From Marsupella aquatica (lineage: Eukaryota; Plantae; Marchantiophyta): a stretch of DNA of 64,000 nucleotides. The position numbers and the translations under genes were made by a program. Positions 61,483-64,000 of the stretch are shown here, piece by piece (within the stretch, counting starts at the first letter, position 1; each line of letters starts with the position of its first letter). The stretch lies in assembly GCA_973895155.1 (NCBI GenBank), contig OZ316893.1, positions 22,105,744-22,169,743 on the forward strand. Reading direction: 5' to 3'. The notes beneath the pieces are model-generated. The model ran no database searches and was not told the DNA's origin. It saw only the letters and a list, made by a program, of their open reading frames with translations.

Positions 61483-63144
61483 TTAATCTCTCAAATAAAC
61501 ACTATTTTGTGTCAACAATCTACACTCTTGAAATGTGCGAACCATCCTCAAACTCCAATGGGCACAATCCATTCTTTTGGTAGGATCAGTGGCCATCATG
61601 TCACGAATGATATTCTCTAATTTTGGACCATACACTCTAGTATTCCAACCCGCCATCAAAAATTGTGTGCTTGGCCCCATTCCATCCCAGTTTTCTGTGA
61701 GTAAAGTCTCGAACAAATTGCCTAGAGCATAGATATCAGTTGCTTCACTATACTCTGCTGGGTCAGGTCCAACAAGCTCTGGTGCCAATTGAGGGTATTG
61801 TCTTTGATAGGCAATAACTTTCTCACTTGGGGTGGACCACATTCGATTCTCTGGTAATGTACATTGTGTTTTGTGCTTGGATAACCCAAAATCACAAATT
61901 CCTACATACACTCTGATAGCAACATCATCCTCGTGATCAAAGTGAAGTAAGACATTTCCAAAATGAAGATCACAATGTAGTCGATCGTGCTTGTGGAGAA
62001 ACTGTAAGGTCTCCAACAAAGCCAAAGCAATCCCCAAGCGATGCTCCAAAAATATTTTCTTCTCGGATATGAATCTCACATCAACCTGCACATTCCCTTG
62101 TGACTTCCCCTTGCTTTTACCCCATTTTCCACACTTATCCATGAAGCTTCCCAAGTCACCTCCATTGTAAAAATCATAGATAAGTTTGGGTGGAAATTCG
62201 ATGGTCATTGCCAAGGCCCCAATAACTTCCTTATGATTCAAACCCCCCATTAGCACTTCTTGTAACGCATCTTTTATCCTCTTGTGCCGATCTCCATCTT
62301 TGAATCTTTTTGCCACTAGCTTCACATTTCGAGGAATGAGTGGGCAATCCAAGATATGGCACAAGAACACCTGCCCTTGGCTGCCACTCCCAATGCGATG
62401 TAAATTCTTCACTTGTTCCATCCTCAAAAAGTGAATACTCCTTACTGCTGGAACAACACGTGATGGTCTTGTACCTCTTTGGTGCCCTTCAACACCAAGC
62501 TCCCCAAATTGCACGACCTTATTTGCATATTTGACATTACTTTCTGTTCTGGCCATTCCTAACTCATTGCTCCATTTTAGACACAATTCTCTTTTGTGTC
62601 TATGGAGGGCAGGATTTCCAAGGAATATGGACTCAGCCCCCCCCAAATTGGCTACCAACTTGTCCCACAGGTTCACAGCCAAGTTCAGTGCCAATTGCTC
62701 AACAAATCCTTGAGGCTTCTCAGCCTCGCGTTGAAATTGCTGAATCTGTTCTCGTGTCATGTCCTCTTCCTTCTCTACGGTTTGGCGCATGCAACGCACC
62801 ATGTCATTTTGAAAGTTTTTGTATCCCTGTTCTCCATGTAAGGTATACTTCCTTTCAAACCTATTATGCTCATACTGTTCCGGTTGGGTGTAGGGATATA
62901 CTATATCCTTCCAAATGGCCAATAACACATTTTGTCGATGGTTGATGTCGATGGTTGTTTGAGCAGCCCCTCCTCTTTGTTTTCGCTTCCCTGCTATTTT
63001 GGCTTTTCTACTAAACCCTAAGATTTTGTGCGCATTCCTCAAGGCATTCAGGGCATTCGCATCTGGTTCCAATCCATCGCTCAGCATGGTACTCATCACC
63101 TCCATCAACTGCCTATATTCTACACCTACATCCGGGTTGGCCAT
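61483..63144 (-). CDS. Atypical protein kinase with ~240-aa unknown N-terminal domain, transposon cargo (likely start MANPDV)
   Basis: Kinase subdomains in order: IGSGSQGQV, LVAKRF, alphaC LQE, YDFYNGGDL, HCDLHFGNVLL, ICDFGLS, QLAPE, ATDIYALG, DPTKR; intronless open ORF. Confidence 0.9.
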   Translation of the reverse strand: MANPDVGVEYRQLMEVMSTMLSDGLEPDANALNALRNAHKILGFSRKAKIAGKRKQRGGAAQTTIDINHRQNVLLAIWKDIVYPYTQPEQYEHNRFERKYTLHGEQGYKNFQNDMVRCMRQTVEKEEDMTREQIQQFQREAEKPQGFVEQLALNLAVNLWDKLVANLGGAESIFLGNPALHRHKRELCLKWSNELGMARTESNVKYANKVVQFGELGVEGHQRGTRPSRVVPAVRSIHFLRMEQVKNLHRIGSGSQGQVFLCHILDCPLIPRNVKLVAKRFKDGDRHKRIKDALQEVLMGGLNHKEVIGALAMTIEFPPKLIYDFYNGGDLGSFMDKCGKWGKSKGKSQGNVQVDVRFISEKKIFLEHRLGIALALLETLQFLHKHDRLHCDLHFGNVLLHFDHEDDVAIRVYVGICDFGLSKHKTQCTLPENRMWSTPSEKVIAYQRQYPQLAPELVGPDPAEYSEATDIYALGNLFETLLTENWDGMGPSTQFLMAGWNTRVYGPKLENIIRDMMATDPTKRMDCAHWSLRMVRTFQECRLLTQNSVYLRD

Positions 63145-63366
63145 GTTCCCGCGACACCAGAACAAAGAGTATCAAAAGGAGTAGAAACTTACGATGCGTA
63201 TTGGCTGGGAGGCGAGGTACTGATGCGGTGTGTACAACCAAGCTGCAATAGGAACTCCTGGAAAATCATGCGTGGTACACCTTGTCACGGGAGGGTCACG
63301 GGATGGTCACGAGATATATTTGTTTTTTTCATTCATTATTATTATTGTGATTGTAACAACTGCAAA

Positions 63367-63735
63367 GGGGAAAGATAACTCTTGTGAAATACCCCACGCC
63401 GAGCCAAGGCTCCAAGCATGGGCACAAATGATATCCTATCCTTTCAGTTATTAACATTCCTGCTTCAAATATATGTGATAACTATAGTTTAGATACCATT
63501 TGTGAGGGAAGTGAAATCGTTCACGAGGAGTCGTAATATCCATGCAAAATATCACACGCCGAGCCGAAGCTCCAGGCAAGCGTACATGAATGTCTCTATC
63601 CTCGCAAACTTTCCACTAATTCCACAAATGACACTAAACTGTTAAGGTGATATTAGATTTTCCCATACGAAATACCACACGCCGAGCCGGGGCTCCAAGC
63701 ATGCGCGCATGAGAAACTCATAATACCCCTCCAAA
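63367..63735 (-). repeat. Right inner inverted module with 3 copies of the 34-bp motif
   Basis: Copies at 63387-63420, 63547-63580 and 63670-63703 (spacing 160 and 123), mirroring the left module. Confidence 0.9.
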
Positions 63736-64000
63736 TTAAACTAAACACCGACTTATAATGACCATACATAAAGCAAAGACACAAAGCAAAAAACAAGTAA
63801 ACCATGCAAAGGAAAACAAAAGCAAGGAAAACAAAAGCAATGAAAACAAGGAACTCACCAAAAGCAAAAGTAAAGAATGAGGAGGGAAGAGGGGGAGTCC
63901 TCCTCTTATACTCCCGGCCCCCCCCACCCGAGCTTGACCTCCCGACCCCGAGCCCTCCCGAGCCGACCCGGCCGGCCCTAACCCTAAAATGCCCCGCCCC

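Larger units (their letters stand above)
54641..64000. mobile_element. Large cargo-carrying hAT DNA transposon (right end beyond window)
   Basis: hAT transposase plus two convergent ORFs, bracketed by mirrored modules (55652-56030 vs 63367-63735; ~55482-55503 vs ~63970-64000). The window ends entering C-rich sequence like the reverse complement of the left array. Confidence 0.8.

Overview
Nuclear DNA of a land plant, probably a non-seed plant (inferred from TTTAGGG repeats, spliceosomal introns and a plant-type organellar GlyRS). Host genes: an intronless ARM-repeat (PUB-like) gene (16397-17704, -), tRNA-Ala(AGC) (24397-24469, +) and a ~36-exon plastid/mitochondrial glycyl-tRNA synthetase gene (30201-42273, +). 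Transposon content includes a young but crippled full-length Ty1/copia element (4635-9986, TSD TATAC, half-tRNA-iMet PBS) nested in an old long-TIR element, solo LTRs (one nested in another), MITEs and tandem repeats. The most striking feature runs from ~54.6 kb past the right window edge. It is a >9.3-kb hAT (BED + DUF659-type) DNA transposon with long structured inverted ends (GC-rich array plus a mirrored ~370-bp module holding three copies of a 34-bp hairpin motif). Its transposase is broken by two nonsense codons. It carries two intact, intronless cargo ORFs facing the transposase: an atypical protein kinase (HCDLHxxN) and a coiled-coil/RING-H2-like protein. This candidate kinase + E3-ligase transposon system is the main item to follow up. 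Nothing was database-searched; family calls rest on motif recognition.
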